From the NCBI GenBank assembly GCA_934481325.1, contig CAKSPL010000001.1:1-42203 (forward strand): DNA of 42,203 nt, read 5' to 3'. The notes below the pieces were generated by a model. The model ran no database searches. It worked only from the letters and a program-made list of their open reading frames with translations, and had not been told where the DNA came from. Below, piece by piece: positions 32,901 to 41,860 of this stretch. The position numbers and the translations under genes are program-made. The number at the start of each line of letters is the position of its first letter. Within the stretch, counting starts at the first letter, position 1. Source of the DNA: an uncultured Eubacteriales bacterium. Lineage in GTDB: Bacteria; Bacillota; Clostridia; Oscillospirales; CAG-272.

Positions 32901-33682
32901 TCAAACGAATAGTCGGTGCAGTAAGCCAGAATTTTGGCTTCCAGCTTTCTCATTTCGTTGCTGGAGGTGTTGGGGTTCAGCACATAGATGTCAATGTTCT
33001 TCTTTTCACAAATCGGGAAGGAGAGCGCAATTGCCTTTTGCTTGTTCACTGCGGCAGTGGTATATGCCTGCAGGGAAAAGTAAACCTTGAACTGCGTCAG
33101 CTCACGCTCGGTCATCTGCTTCTTTTTCACCGCCGCCTGCAAGGGCTTGAGGATTTTTTCCTCAAACGCGGATTTTTCAATCCGCACGGGGCAAAGGATT
33201 CTGGAAGAACGCTGTCCGATCGCGTATTCCACACGCAGACCGTTTTTGATGTTTTTCACCGTAATCTGCCCGGAGATTGCCGCATCGGTATAGCTGTTCA
33301 GGCTCAGCGACTGGTTTTCGCTGTCCACGTATTCCAGCATAATCTGCGACATCAGCTCGGAGCGCACCACGCTGTCCTTGTTTTTCTCCGCGCCCATATT
33401 CCAGGGGTTGGTGAACAGGGTTTCGCCCGTGGAGAGCTTCTGATACGCCACCACGCCAAGCAGGGTGTCGCAATACAGCGCGTACTCTCCGTTGTCATAG
33501 AATTTCTTCATAGAGGCAAGGCGATCCGCCTCCGTGTCATACAGAACGCTGGTATAATCCAGCGTGGGGTCCAGCACCGGCGTATCCTCCGCCGCGCTGA
33601 CCGGAAGTGCCGGAACAATGCACACCATCATCAGCACAGCCAGGGACGCGCAAAGTAACCGCAACAACAGTTTCTTTTTCAT
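29957..33682 (-). CDS. 1241-aa secreted protein of unknown function (resembles DUF5696-type proteins from memory; possible glycan-processing enzyme)
   Basis: Signal peptide MKKKLLLRLLCASLAVLMMVCIVPALPVSA-AED. Central region with FGIFPDFDFVYT and LSVPFLGVVLHGYVQFAG, then a long Ala/Glu-rich helical segment, a PEPEPEP linker and a small C-terminal beta domain. I could not name a catalytic motif. Confidence 0.45.
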   Translation of the reverse strand: MKKKLLLRLLCASLAVLMMVCIVPALPVSAAEDTPVLDPTLDYTSVLYDTEADRLASMKKFYDNGEYALYCDTLLGVVAYQKLSTGETLFTNPWNMGAEKNKDSVVRSELMSQIMLEYVDSENQSLSLNSYTDAAISGQITVKNIKNGLRVEYAIGQRSSRILCPVRIEKSAFEEKILKPLQAAVKKKQMTERELTQFKVYFSLQAYTTAAVNKQKAIALSFPICEKKNIDIYVLNPNTSSNEMRKLEAKILAYCTDYSFEEMDNDHSFVEYEEEATSPPVFKMALEYTISGNGLQVSLPANGLRYDETAYRITDFQILPFMGASLKTNEGYSFVPDGSGTLYNLSSLSVTAFRVYGEDYSLFSDISGYRNAAMRAPVFGQVETVFTPDLITPSQYDENGNKISDAVYSETEGKTSKRGFVAIIEEGESLATIAPNHTSYMDYAAVSASFTTRQSDTSKSKWKVYASRRYVGDYKLRYMILSDDTKAQEASLSEYYECSWMGMACAYRDYMEASNESYRRLAEARTGTSLPLYIETFGCVDTVKKVLSMPVTVSVALTSFEDIATMYDYLAGEGIKNVNFKMKGYANGGIYSDVPYKLKWESSVGGKSGFKDLVKYAEEKGFGIFPDFDFVYTTQGDGGSAVKMKKNGARTIDNRYTTKRLYSATQQGLVSYYQMVLAPSTYSKFYEKLAKKYGKYEVGSISLSTLGSELNADYDESKTTLREETKEYVVQALSFFKNKDYDVMLDGGNAFTWSYADHILKVPLDSSRYNAEYLSVPFLGVVLHGYVQFAGDALNMEGNLSYAMLKAMENGASIYFILSYANTEILKEDELLSQNYSVRYDIWQSKLVEIYKELNAVLGDVQTKLIIDHQFLEGSRVPEQKELLSDIADKMAEKQKELEEKIEAERLAAIKLIRTSSDAAAAGATTMVSLNDRLKAQITNLQNTRAAKESSTTKWLLRAWESYREEAAKADDDPTKNLEVAVDDLRKQISSSVAAPMVQIAVMLRNAGESLTAAKVGYDTLVACNADEQVVSEARANLLLALDGFATLYGSYYGTTGSFTEETKEAYVNGTDTTVTALLAQLVLESTSEPVAAEDLEAFLFGNDEAVEAKYAAISAGNLERAFIDMMIRDGLYNEADGEHSLIDYAAVYAERLSALTRPQDPEPEPEPGDGQPGEDDEDVVIPDPPKSKYSIDNALVKVTYGEKNAPYKSLILNFNDYAVQTTVDGVVYTIAAYGYVVIYH

Positions 33683-33703
33683 TTTGTTTTCTCCTTTCTG
33701 TGC

Positions 33704-35875
33704 TTAGAGTCGGTAGTTGATTTCGCTCACGATACCGGTCACAAAGCTGATCATATCCACAATCAGCGAGGTAAAGAGAATCGCAAGGAACATAATAAAC
33801 GCCATACCCACCAGCGTACCGGCAGTGGTGAGAATGTTTTTGAGCATCGAATAATCGTGCGTCACCATCATTCCGAAGAAGATGAGGAACCCGGTCCAGA
33901 TGAACCCGATCGTCACAATCAGCGAAAGGATGTTGGTCTCGGAGGTTACCACAAAGTTGGAAATGATGGTAGTGGGAACTATGGTAATCGCAATCGGCAA
34001 CAGCGAGTAGCTGATGGCGATGAAGATATCCCGGAAGCTGCCCTCGCCGTCAAACAGCGTGGTCAGACACCAGTTGGCAATCGCAAACAGGAGAACCGGA
34101 ATTGCCACCACCAAAATCTGCATAAAGATGGTGGAATAGGTCCCCTGCGGGTTCATAATGTAACCCAGACCCACGCTCCGGTAGAACAGTGCCACCACCG
34201 TAATCGCGATAAAGACAAAGGAAGCTCGGAGCGACCCTCGTTTTTCGTGTTTGAGATCCCAATAGCCGTCAAACGGGTGGAACATCAGGTGGAACACAAA
34301 CAACAGCTCCTGTCGGAAGGTGCGCTTGCCCTTGGTTACCGCAACCTGCTTGTTGATCTTTGCGGCGTGACGCAGGAATTTGCCGATCAGCACGCAAATG
34401 ACCACCACAATGACCGGAATCAGCAGGAAGAACTTGGACATCCATTCCTTGCGCAATTCCTGATATGCAATGGAGTAGTTGTCGGTATCGTAGGCGGACT
34501 CGTAATATTTGAGAGCCTCCTTGAACTCGCCGCTCCGGTAGAGCGACTGCCCGATGCCGATGTACGCCGCGTCATAGTTGGAGTTACGCATCAGAATCTC
34601 TTTCCAGTCCTCAATCGCAAGGTCATACTGGCGGGCGTTCTGATGGTGCAGTGCCTGAATCAGCACGTCTCCGTATTCCGTACGGCTATATACCGTCAGA
34701 CTCTGCTTTTTGCCGTTGCCGTCCAGCACCAGCAGTCGGTCACCCTGATAGACGATGGATTTGATTGCCGACAGGTTGCCGAGCTGTGCGCCGGCGTCAC
34801 CGAACGCAAACAGCAGGTTGCCGTCATAATCGTAGGTATAAATCTTACTGCGGTTGGAGTCCACGATGGACCAGGTGGATTCGGGGCCGCAGGCAACGTC
34901 GGTCACCTTGGAGATGCCGCCCTTCGTTTTATCCTGCTTGTTGACGTAGTCGATCTCGCCGGCAGGCGGCCAGAAGCCGTTACGGCGCATAATCTCGTCA
35001 CCCGCAGGGTTGAGCAGCTTACAGGGTGCATAGTCACCGGATTTGTCTTTCGTTTTGATGGCGGAGGTCATCTTAGCAACCAGTTGTTCCTCGTAAATCG
35101 TTGCATAGATGAAACCGCGCTCGTTAATGGCTACGTTATTATAAGGATAGGAAATAACCGAAACGGTATTTTCTCTCTGCTCCTTGGTCTGAAAACGACG
35201 CCAAATCTGTTGCCACACCGAGGTTACGGACTGCTGAGCCCCGATAAAGCCGGTAAACTCGCCCGTATCCGTCATCACGATGATACCCTCGTTGGTCTGA
35301 GAGGACACCACAAACAGCCGGTCATAGCTATCCACGGCAATCGCCACGGGCCAGTACACGGCATCGTCGTCAAACAGCTCGGATTCCGGTGCCGGGATAA
35401 TCGAGGAAAATTCACCGTCCAGGGTAAAAGTAACAATCCGGCTGGCTTCGGTATCGCACACGAAGATACGCCCGGGATACTTCAGCTTGCCCTCCTCATA
35501 CCGGTCGGCAGTGACGCACATCCCGCGGGGCTTGGAGAAATGATCCGGCACACCCTGATCGTTGAGGAACCCTTCGATTTCAAACCGCACGCGGTAGTAA
35601 GGGTCCAGGCACACGATCCGGTTGCGGTCGGTATCCACGATGTATACGTTTTCGTCCGCATCCACCACCACGTCGCTCGCATTGGAAAGCGTGGTGGTCA
35701 GACCCATTGCCGCAGAGTCAATGTTCTTGACCGCGGTATAGGCATCCGGAGAGTAAAGCGGGGTGCCGTCAATGGCATAGGTGTAGGTCTGATACGCGCG
35801 CGACGCGCCGACCGGAACCGATGCCACCATCAAAAGGGCAAACAGCACCGAAACAAATGCCAAAAATTTTTTCAT
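33704..35875 (-). CDS. NHL-repeat beta-propeller / TPR-like / YIP1-family membrane-domain fusion protein
   Basis: Start at ATG 35875 (MKKFLAFVSVLFALLMVASVPVGA), giving 723 aa. NHL-like blades (VVVDADENVYIVDTDRNRIVCLD; GRIFVCDTEASRIVTF; DRLFVVSSQTNEGIIVM; WSIVDSNRSKIYTYD). TPR-like NYDAAYIGIGQSLYRSGEFKEALKYYESAY. Then 5-6 TM helices with a Yip1-like pattern. Confidence 0.65.
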   Translation of the reverse strand: MKKFLAFVSVLFALLMVASVPVGASRAYQTYTYAIDGTPLYSPDAYTAVKNIDSAAMGLTTTLSNASDVVVDADENVYIVDTDRNRIVCLDPYYRVRFEIEGFLNDQGVPDHFSKPRGMCVTADRYEEGKLKYPGRIFVCDTEASRIVTFTLDGEFSSIIPAPESELFDDDAVYWPVAIAVDSYDRLFVVSSQTNEGIIVMTDTGEFTGFIGAQQSVTSVWQQIWRRFQTKEQRENTVSVISYPYNNVAINERGFIYATIYEEQLVAKMTSAIKTKDKSGDYAPCKLLNPAGDEIMRRNGFWPPAGEIDYVNKQDKTKGGISKVTDVACGPESTWSIVDSNRSKIYTYDYDGNLLFAFGDAGAQLGNLSAIKSIVYQGDRLLVLDGNGKKQSLTVYSRTEYGDVLIQALHHQNARQYDLAIEDWKEILMRNSNYDAAYIGIGQSLYRSGEFKEALKYYESAYDTDNYSIAYQELRKEWMSKFFLLIPVIVVVICVLIGKFLRHAAKINKQVAVTKGKRTFRQELLFVFHLMFHPFDGYWDLKHEKRGSLRASFVFIAITVVALFYRSVGLGYIMNPQGTYSTIFMQILVVAIPVLLFAIANWCLTTLFDGEGSFRDIFIAISYSLLPIAITIVPTTIISNFVVTSETNILSLIVTIGFIWTGFLIFFGMMVTHDYSMLKNILTTAGTLVGMAFIMFLAILFTSLIVDMISFVTGIVSEINYRL

Positions 35876-35892
35876 CGCTATTCCCCTTTCTC

Positions 35893-36768
35893 TTAGTCTT
35901 TCATACCGGAGGAACCCATCGTTTCGATGATGTTCGACTGAGAAATCACGAACACCAGGATCGGCACCAACATCATAATGACCAGCGACGCCGCGTGCGC
36001 GCCCGCACGCTTGATACCGCCTGCCATAATCTGACCGATCGCGTAGTTGAAGGATTTCAGCTGCTCCGAATGGATGTAAATGGAGGACCCCTTGTTCCAG
36101 AGATCCTGGAAGGAGTAGATAATCAGTGTCAGCCACGCGGGCTTAACCATCGGCATCGCAATCACCCAGAAGGTGCGGAATTCGCTGGCACCGTCCAGTC
36201 TTGCGGATTCCAGCACCGCATCGGAAACGTTGGTTTCCATAAACTGCTTCATCAGGTAAAGCCCGAGGGAGGTTGCCCACGCCGGCACGATGATTGCCCA
36301 ATAGGTGTCAATCCAGTGGAAGGCACTCATAATAATGAAAGAAGTAACCGCCGTAACCGTGGAGTGGAACATCAGGGAGGTTCGCACGGTTTTGAACATC
36401 ACCTTGCCGCCCGGAAACTTGATCTTCGCCATCGCGTAAGCCGCAAGGGAGGAGAACAGGAGGTTTCCGAAGGTGCCGACCACAGAGGTAAACACCGTGT
36501 TGAAAATGTAACGGGAGAACGGCACCCACGAGGTGTTCATCAGGGTGAACAGGTCGCGATAGTTTTTGAAGGTGGGGTTGCGCACGTAAAAGCGGGGCGG
36601 GAACATCCACAATTCATCCAGCGGTTTGAGTGACTGCAATACCACATAAAGCATCGGCAGGAACATAAACACGCCGAGAATCGCCAGGATAAAGGTAATA
36701 CCGGCATCGCCCCCGGCGGATCGGTTCAGTACGACTTTGTGTTTTCTGGTACGAAGTTTTTTCGACAT
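35893..36768 (-). CDS. Carbohydrate ABC transporter permease (MalG/LplC-type), pair 1
   Basis: 291 aa. EAA loop SDAVLESARLDGASEFRTFWVIAMPMVKP. Confidence 0.88.
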   Translation of the reverse strand: MSKKLRTRKHKVVLNRSAGGDAGITFILAILGVFMFLPMLYVVLQSLKPLDELWMFPPRFYVRNPTFKNYRDLFTLMNTSWVPFSRYIFNTVFTSVVGTFGNLLFSSLAAYAMAKIKFPGGKVMFKTVRTSLMFHSTVTAVTSFIIMSAFHWIDTYWAIIVPAWATSLGLYLMKQFMETNVSDAVLESARLDGASEFRTFWVIAMPMVKPAWLTLIIYSFQDLWNKGSSIYIHSEQLKSFNYAIGQIMAGGIKRAGAHAASLVIMMLVPILVFVISQSNIIETMGSSGMKD

Positions 36769-36769
36769 A

Positions 36770-37705
36770 TCACTGACCCACCTTTGAAAGCATTTTCTTG
36801 ACCAGCATATTTGCGCCGATCATAATGGCAAACAGCACCACGGCAATGGTGGAGGAATAACCCACCTCAAAACGCTGACTGCCGTAGTCCTCCAAGTGGT
36901 GCATAATGGTGTGCGCCGCGTAGTCCACGGACGGGAAGCCGCACAGTGCCGTTACCACGCCGCCGAAGCCGAACGAGGAGGTAATTGCCATAATCGCGCC
37001 GAACATCAGCTGCGGCTTCATCGAGGGCAGAGTAATGTACCAAAGCTCCTTCCAGCGGTTGCGCAAGACGTCCACGGCTCCTGCCTCGTACATCGAGCGG
37101 TCAATGCCCTGCAAGCCCGCGATGAAGGACAGGAACGAGGTACCGAGTGAGGTCCAGAGTGCCACCACGATACACAGCGGCATCACGTAGTCCGCATCCT
37201 CGAAGAACTGAATTTCCTTGGAAATCAGCCCGAGGTTGAGCAACGTACCGTTGACCCAGCCGTAAGCGTCACCCGAGAAAAGCGTACCCCAAATCAGGTA
37301 AACCTGACCCGAAATGGAAGGTGCATAGAAAACCAGCGTGACCACCGCACGGATTTTCGGCGGCAGCTCGTTGATGAACCACGCAACCATCAGGGACATC
37401 AGGTACGAGCAGGGGCCCACGATGATTGCAAAAATCAGGGTGTTTTTGCAGGCGATGATGAAAATATCATCGTCCAGGAACAGGCGGATGTAGTTATCCA
37501 GAAATACAAAATTCGGCATTTCCAGAAGGTTGAAATCCGTAAAGCTGATAACCATAGACAACAGCACCGGCACCACGGTAAAGCAAGTGAAGATCAGCAT
37601 ATAAGGTGCCACCATCAGGTAAGCGACCTTATTGCGCTTCATTTCCTTCCAGGTCCATTGCGCTCTTGTCATATCTGAGCGGATGACCGCTTTTTTCTTT
37701 GACAT
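36770..37705 (-). CDS. Sugar ABC transporter permease (MalF/LplB-type), pair 1
   Basis: 311 aa. EAA-like loop DRSMYEAGAVDVLRNRWKELWYITLPSMKP. The stop is 1 nt before the next start. Confidence 0.85.
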   Translation of the reverse strand: MSKKKAVIRSDMTRAQWTWKEMKRNKVAYLMVAPYMLIFTCFTVVPVLLSMVISFTDFNLLEMPNFVFLDNYIRLFLDDDIFIIACKNTLIFAIIVGPCSYLMSLMVAWFINELPPKIRAVVTLVFYAPSISGQVYLIWGTLFSGDAYGWVNGTLLNLGLISKEIQFFEDADYVMPLCIVVALWTSLGTSFLSFIAGLQGIDRSMYEAGAVDVLRNRWKELWYITLPSMKPQLMFGAIMAITSSFGFGGVVTALCGFPSVDYAAHTIMHHLEDYGSQRFEVGYSSTIAVVLFAIMIGANMLVKKMLSKVGQ

Positions 37706-37741
37706 TTGCTCAAATCTCCTTTATCGTAGCGTTCTGTCCGC

Positions 37742-40700
37742 TCAGCGGTTCAGCACATGCACGGCGTTGTTCAGCGCGGCAATGGTGTTGGCAAACGCGT
37801 TGGCATCCACCTCGGCAAATCCTTGCGCCGCCAATTGCAGGGTGACGTAGTCGGTGGCTTTGATGCCCTCCCTCATCAAAGAGATGGCGTGTTCCGCCGC
37901 CGCCAGCTTTGCAGGATCCATTTTTTCGGTGTCAGCCTTGAATGCCGATTCAACCTGACTCATCCGCTTCTGCGTCAGCGTCTGCCCCAGTTCCAACGTT
38001 TCCAGACCAAACTCCTGTCGCTTCCGGGTAATCTCCTTGTTGATGGTGGTGATGTAGCTTTGCAGCTCGGTAATCGGGTCCGCATTGTCATCATACGCCG
38101 CAAGGAACGCAAACTTGGTGTAACGCCCGATGATGTAACTGCCGGGATAGTTCGGGATGGATGCAAGGTTGTTGAACTGATAGGAAAGCTGCTCGTATTC
38201 CGCCGAGGTCCACGGCATCTCGGAGAGTGCCTGAATGTTGGCGGTCGCGTGCTTCGCGGAGGGACCGATAATCGCCACCATCTCGTTGGAATATTTGATC
38301 TGGCAATCGGCACCCGCGTGCCACTTCATAAACTTCCACGCGTCCGCTTCGTTTTTGCAGCCGTTCAGCATCACGATCGCGGATGCCGTGGAAACCGATA
38401 CGTTGTTGATGTAGGTGTTGCCGTCCGCGTCCGTCTGCTCGATGCCCGGCATCGGCACAAACCCCCACAAGCCCTTGATTTCGGTAGCAAACACGGTCAG
38501 GTGGTTGTAGGTACCGTTGTAGGAGGCAAAGCCGATCGGCATCTCGCCGGTGCGGAACCGGTTGGCAAAGTCATATTTATAAGGGAAGGAATACATCGTG
38601 AAGAAGTTGCACATCGTTTCAAAGGATTCCAACCCCACGTTGGAGTCCAGGTTAATCCGCATCCCGTCATCGGCAAACAGCTCGCCGCCGTTCTGATACA
38701 GGAAAATTTTGTAGTCGGTGTGCATACCGATCTGCATATTGTTTGCCTGCAGAATCGGGATTGCCGCCAGAATGTCATCCCAGGTTTTCGGAATCTCGAT
38801 ACCGAGATCCGCCAGAATGTCATCCCGGATAAACATCATCGTAAAGTTCTGGGTTTCGGGCAGACCGTAGTAGTGGAATGCGCCCTCGGCGTCCTCAATT
38901 CCCATGACGAACATTGCGGCTTCGTTGAACTGCGGGTTTTCGTTCAGCACGTCCTTGCCGAGCGCGTCCTTTGCGCGCACCTTGGTAATTTCCGGCACGC
39001 CGTCCCCGTTGCTGTCACGCTTTTCATATTTATAATAAAGCATATCCTCGAAGCCGTCCATATTCTCAATCGGAACAAGGGCACCGCGGATGGCGTAGTT
39101 GATAACGTTGTCCTCGCCCACGCCGATATAAACGTCGGGGCCCATCCCTGCCAGCACGGAGGGGAGGAGTGTGCCGCCGGCAACCAGCTTCAGGTTGACC
39201 GCCACATTGTACTCGGGGGTAAAGTCGTTGTTGATCAGGTTCCGGATTACCTGCGCCTGGTCACGGCCGTAAGCCAACCACACCTCGATGGTGTCATTGC
39301 TCCCGGTGTCCTCCGTCATCGCGCCCATCCGGTTGTAGTTGCGGAAGAAGGACATAAAGAAGCTGGAAACCTCGTGCGCAATCGACTGGAAGAAGCCCGC
39401 TTTGGCACGGGGCAGCTCGTTGTCCAGAGGCTGAATCACCAGGTAATCCAACTGCAGGGGCTGCGTCTTCGCATCGCCGAGCCAGGTGCCGAGCGTACCG
39501 ATATAGGATTTCAGCTGGTCCAGATACTTGGCGATTTCCTCGCCGCCGTCCTGGCACATTCTCTCCAGCAGCCACGCCACCTTTTCCAGCGTTGCCACGT
39601 GAGAGGATTTTTCACCGGTAATCGCCGTCAGCTCTGCGGCAATCGCATACAGCTCACGGGACTGAATCACCATATCCATCAGGGTATCGGGAAGGGCGCG
39701 GGAGAAACCGTAGTCACGGTACTGATCGGGGTCCGCACCGGTCAGCTTCATAATCGCCAGGTAATCGGCGTTGATGGCGGACAGCGCGGTATCCACGCGG
39801 CGCACCACACTGCCCATAGAGCCGAGCGTTACTTCCATTTCAATGGTGTACTCCACCCCGGCTTCAAAATAGAATTTGTACGCATCGCCGCCGTTGTTCA
39901 GAAACGCGGACTGCCATCTGTTATTGTAGTTGAAACGGAGCTGAGACGCTTCGTAGAACGGGATTCCGCCGTCATAATAGCCAAGCGAACCCGCCTCCGC
40001 TCCGTTGCTTGTAATATAAAGGGAGCGGCAGATGTACATACCGTCCAGCACGTTCTGACGGTAGCGGGTGGCAATGTTGTACATCCCGGAGGAGTTCACC
40101 TTAAATTTATAGCGCACCCACTGACCTGCGGTCTGCCATTTTTCCCCGCCGATCGTGTTCAGCACGGTTCTGCCGGTATCCGAAGGCATCGTTGCGGCAT
40201 CGGTGCGATCCTCAATCGGATACACCGTCTGTGAGGAGGTCGCACTCGTGTATTCCGCCTGAATCCGCACCCAGTCACTGCCGGAACCGACGTTGGCATA
40301 ACGGGCAAGATAAGATTCGTATGTAATCAGATCCTCGTGCGGTACCAGCGTGATCGAGCGAATGGTCATCGGCTCGTTCACCGCCTCCAGCGAGATGGTC
40401 CGCTCGCCTTCTTCCAGCACAAATTCAAAAGTCTCGGCGTAAAAGCCGTCCGCGTCACGCAATTCGTATTTCCGCCATTCGGGGCTTTGCGCCATCGTGG
40501 GGCGCAATTCGTTGCTGTCAATATCCGCGGTCATAAAGCGAACCGTGTGATTGTTGACATAGTCGGCAACCTGCTGTGTCCACACGTCGGGACATTCAAT
40601 TGCCACGTAGCTCTCCCCGTTTTCGTTGACCAGCTTGACCGTCTCCGAATCAAAGCCCGCGGCAATCGCCTCGTCGTAGAGTGCCTGAACGGAAATCTTT

Positions 40701-41236
40701 CCGTCGGGATCGGTCACCTTTGCGGTCACATACTGGTTTTTCCAGATTTTCGGCAGAGTCAGATAGCGCGCTTCCTTGAACGGGATCGCACCATCGATTT
40801 TCAGAATACGCTCGATGGAAGCGGATTTCGCCTCGTCGGGCCAGTACTCAATTACAATGCTGTATTTCGCCGTGCCCGGCACGTTCAGCGTCCAGGTCAC
40901 GGTGCCGGCATTCGGCGTGTACAGTGCCTCGGTGCCGTCCGCCGCAGTCACCACCTTCGCTTCCTCGGTGCCGGTTGCGGTTTTCAGAAATTCTGTGTAG
41001 TGAAGCACATCCACCGGCAAAGGCCCGGTCGCGCGCGCTATCGCGGCATACTTCGTGCAGTATGCCTCATAGGTCATCGCGTTGAGCTGTTCCTTGATCT
41101 CGGCAAGTGTTTTGTTCGTCACGGAGCCGTTCATACCGGAGCCGCTTTCCGCGCCGATGGTCAGCGCACTGCCGCCGACCAGTAAGATCAACGCCAGAAC
41201 GAAAGCCAGCCCTCTGTATAGCCTCGTTTTCTTCAT
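37742..41236 (-). CDS. Giant (1164-aa) extracellular solute-binding protein with long N-terminal carbohydrate-binding-like extension
   Basis: Start at ATG 41236 (MKKTRLYRGLAFVLALILLVGGSALTIGA) after TAAGGAGGGGAAAT. The N-terminal ~600 aa contain beta-sandwich-like segments (TVTWTLNVPGTAKYSIVIEYWPDE; GQWVRYKFKVNSSGMYNIATRYRQ). The C-terminal half is family-1 SBP-like (IEVWLAYGRDQAQVIRNLINNDFTPEYNVAVNLKLV...). Confidence 0.7.
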   Translation of the reverse strand: MKKTRLYRGLAFVLALILLVGGSALTIGAESGSGMNGSVTNKTLAEIKEQLNAMTYEAYCTKYAAIARATGPLPVDVLHYTEFLKTATGTEEAKVVTAADGTEALYTPNAGTVTWTLNVPGTAKYSIVIEYWPDEAKSASIERILKIDGAIPFKEARYLTLPKIWKNQYVTAKVTDPDGKISVQALYDEAIAAGFDSETVKLVNENGESYVAIECPDVWTQQVADYVNNHTVRFMTADIDSNELRPTMAQSPEWRKYELRDADGFYAETFEFVLEEGERTISLEAVNEPMTIRSITLVPHEDLITYESYLARYANVGSGSDWVRIQAEYTSATSSQTVYPIEDRTDAATMPSDTGRTVLNTIGGEKWQTAGQWVRYKFKVNSSGMYNIATRYRQNVLDGMYICRSLYITSNGAEAGSLGYYDGGIPFYEASQLRFNYNNRWQSAFLNNGGDAYKFYFEAGVEYTIEMEVTLGSMGSVVRRVDTALSAINADYLAIMKLTGADPDQYRDYGFSRALPDTLMDMVIQSRELYAIAAELTAITGEKSSHVATLEKVAWLLERMCQDGGEEIAKYLDQLKSYIGTLGTWLGDAKTQPLQLDYLVIQPLDNELPRAKAGFFQSIAHEVSSFFMSFFRNYNRMGAMTEDTGSNDTIEVWLAYGRDQAQVIRNLINNDFTPEYNVAVNLKLVAGGTLLPSVLAGMGPDVYIGVGEDNVINYAIRGALVPIENMDGFEDMLYYKYEKRDSNGDGVPEITKVRAKDALGKDVLNENPQFNEAAMFVMGIEDAEGAFHYYGLPETQNFTMMFIRDDILADLGIEIPKTWDDILAAIPILQANNMQIGMHTDYKIFLYQNGGELFADDGMRINLDSNVGLESFETMCNFFTMYSFPYKYDFANRFRTGEMPIGFASYNGTYNHLTVFATEIKGLWGFVPMPGIEQTDADGNTYINNVSVSTASAIVMLNGCKNEADAWKFMKWHAGADCQIKYSNEMVAIIGPSAKHATANIQALSEMPWTSAEYEQLSYQFNNLASIPNYPGSYIIGRYTKFAFLAAYDDNADPITELQSYITTINKEITRKRQEFGLETLELGQTLTQKRMSQVESAFKADTEKMDPAKLAAAEHAISLMREGIKATDYVTLQLAAQGFAEVDANAFANTIAALNNAVHVLNR

Positions 41237-41360
41237 ATTTCCCCTCCTTAGGATTCCGGCGGCGGTCAAACGCCGCCTTCCGTTGGTTGCAACGGCGCGC
41301 AAAGACCCATCGCGCACCGCCGCCGACGCCCCGTCACCGGGTCATCTTGATTTACGCCCT

Positions 41361-41390
41361 ATTTTACCACTTTTTCATCACAAAAGTCAA
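41361..41390 (-). promoter_or_regulatory. SigA-type promoter for the ABC locus
   Basis: Minus strand reads TTGACT (41390-41385), 18 nt, TGG-TAAAAT (-10 at 41366-41361). This gives a ~120-nt GC-rich leader with hairpins, e.g. GGCGGCG-tttgac-CGCCGCC. Confidence 0.55.
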
Positions 41391-41860
41391 GCAAAAATTC
41401 TCTTTATATATGGTGCGGTGTTCCTGACCCGCACCGGATTTTCCAAAATCGGGTTCCCCGACGGCGCATCCTCCGGGTTCTCCGTTTTTTCATTTTTCGT
41501 CGCTTTATCAAGAGCGGAAACGCAAATGTTAAATTTAATTTACCTGATTCGCGCCAAAATCAGCTCTTTCAATACCCGCTCCTTTTGTTTTTGTTTATTT
41601 TGCACGCCACTCAATTTTCCGTCTCCAAAAAGTAAATGTGATTTAACTTTTAATTTTTTCGCCTTTCGGTTTGCCTTTTTCGAGCGGGGAATCCTGTACA
41701 AATTCGCCTGTGCAACATACACAAAAAAAAGCACAAAATTTCTACATTCGCGACAAACCCTCCAAAACCCTTTTTTTACACTTTCTTCACTTTTCCGCGC
41801 CGCGAGGCTCTCTTTTTTGACAAATGCCTCACGATCCCCGTCCCTCGACCCCACCCGGCG

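Noticed and set aside
41540-41854. A 104-aa Lys-rich minus-strand ORF in the AT-rich spacer.
   Set aside because: It has no RBS and low-complexity basic sequence, as expected from A-rich DNA. I cannot exclude a small basic protein, but there is no support for one.
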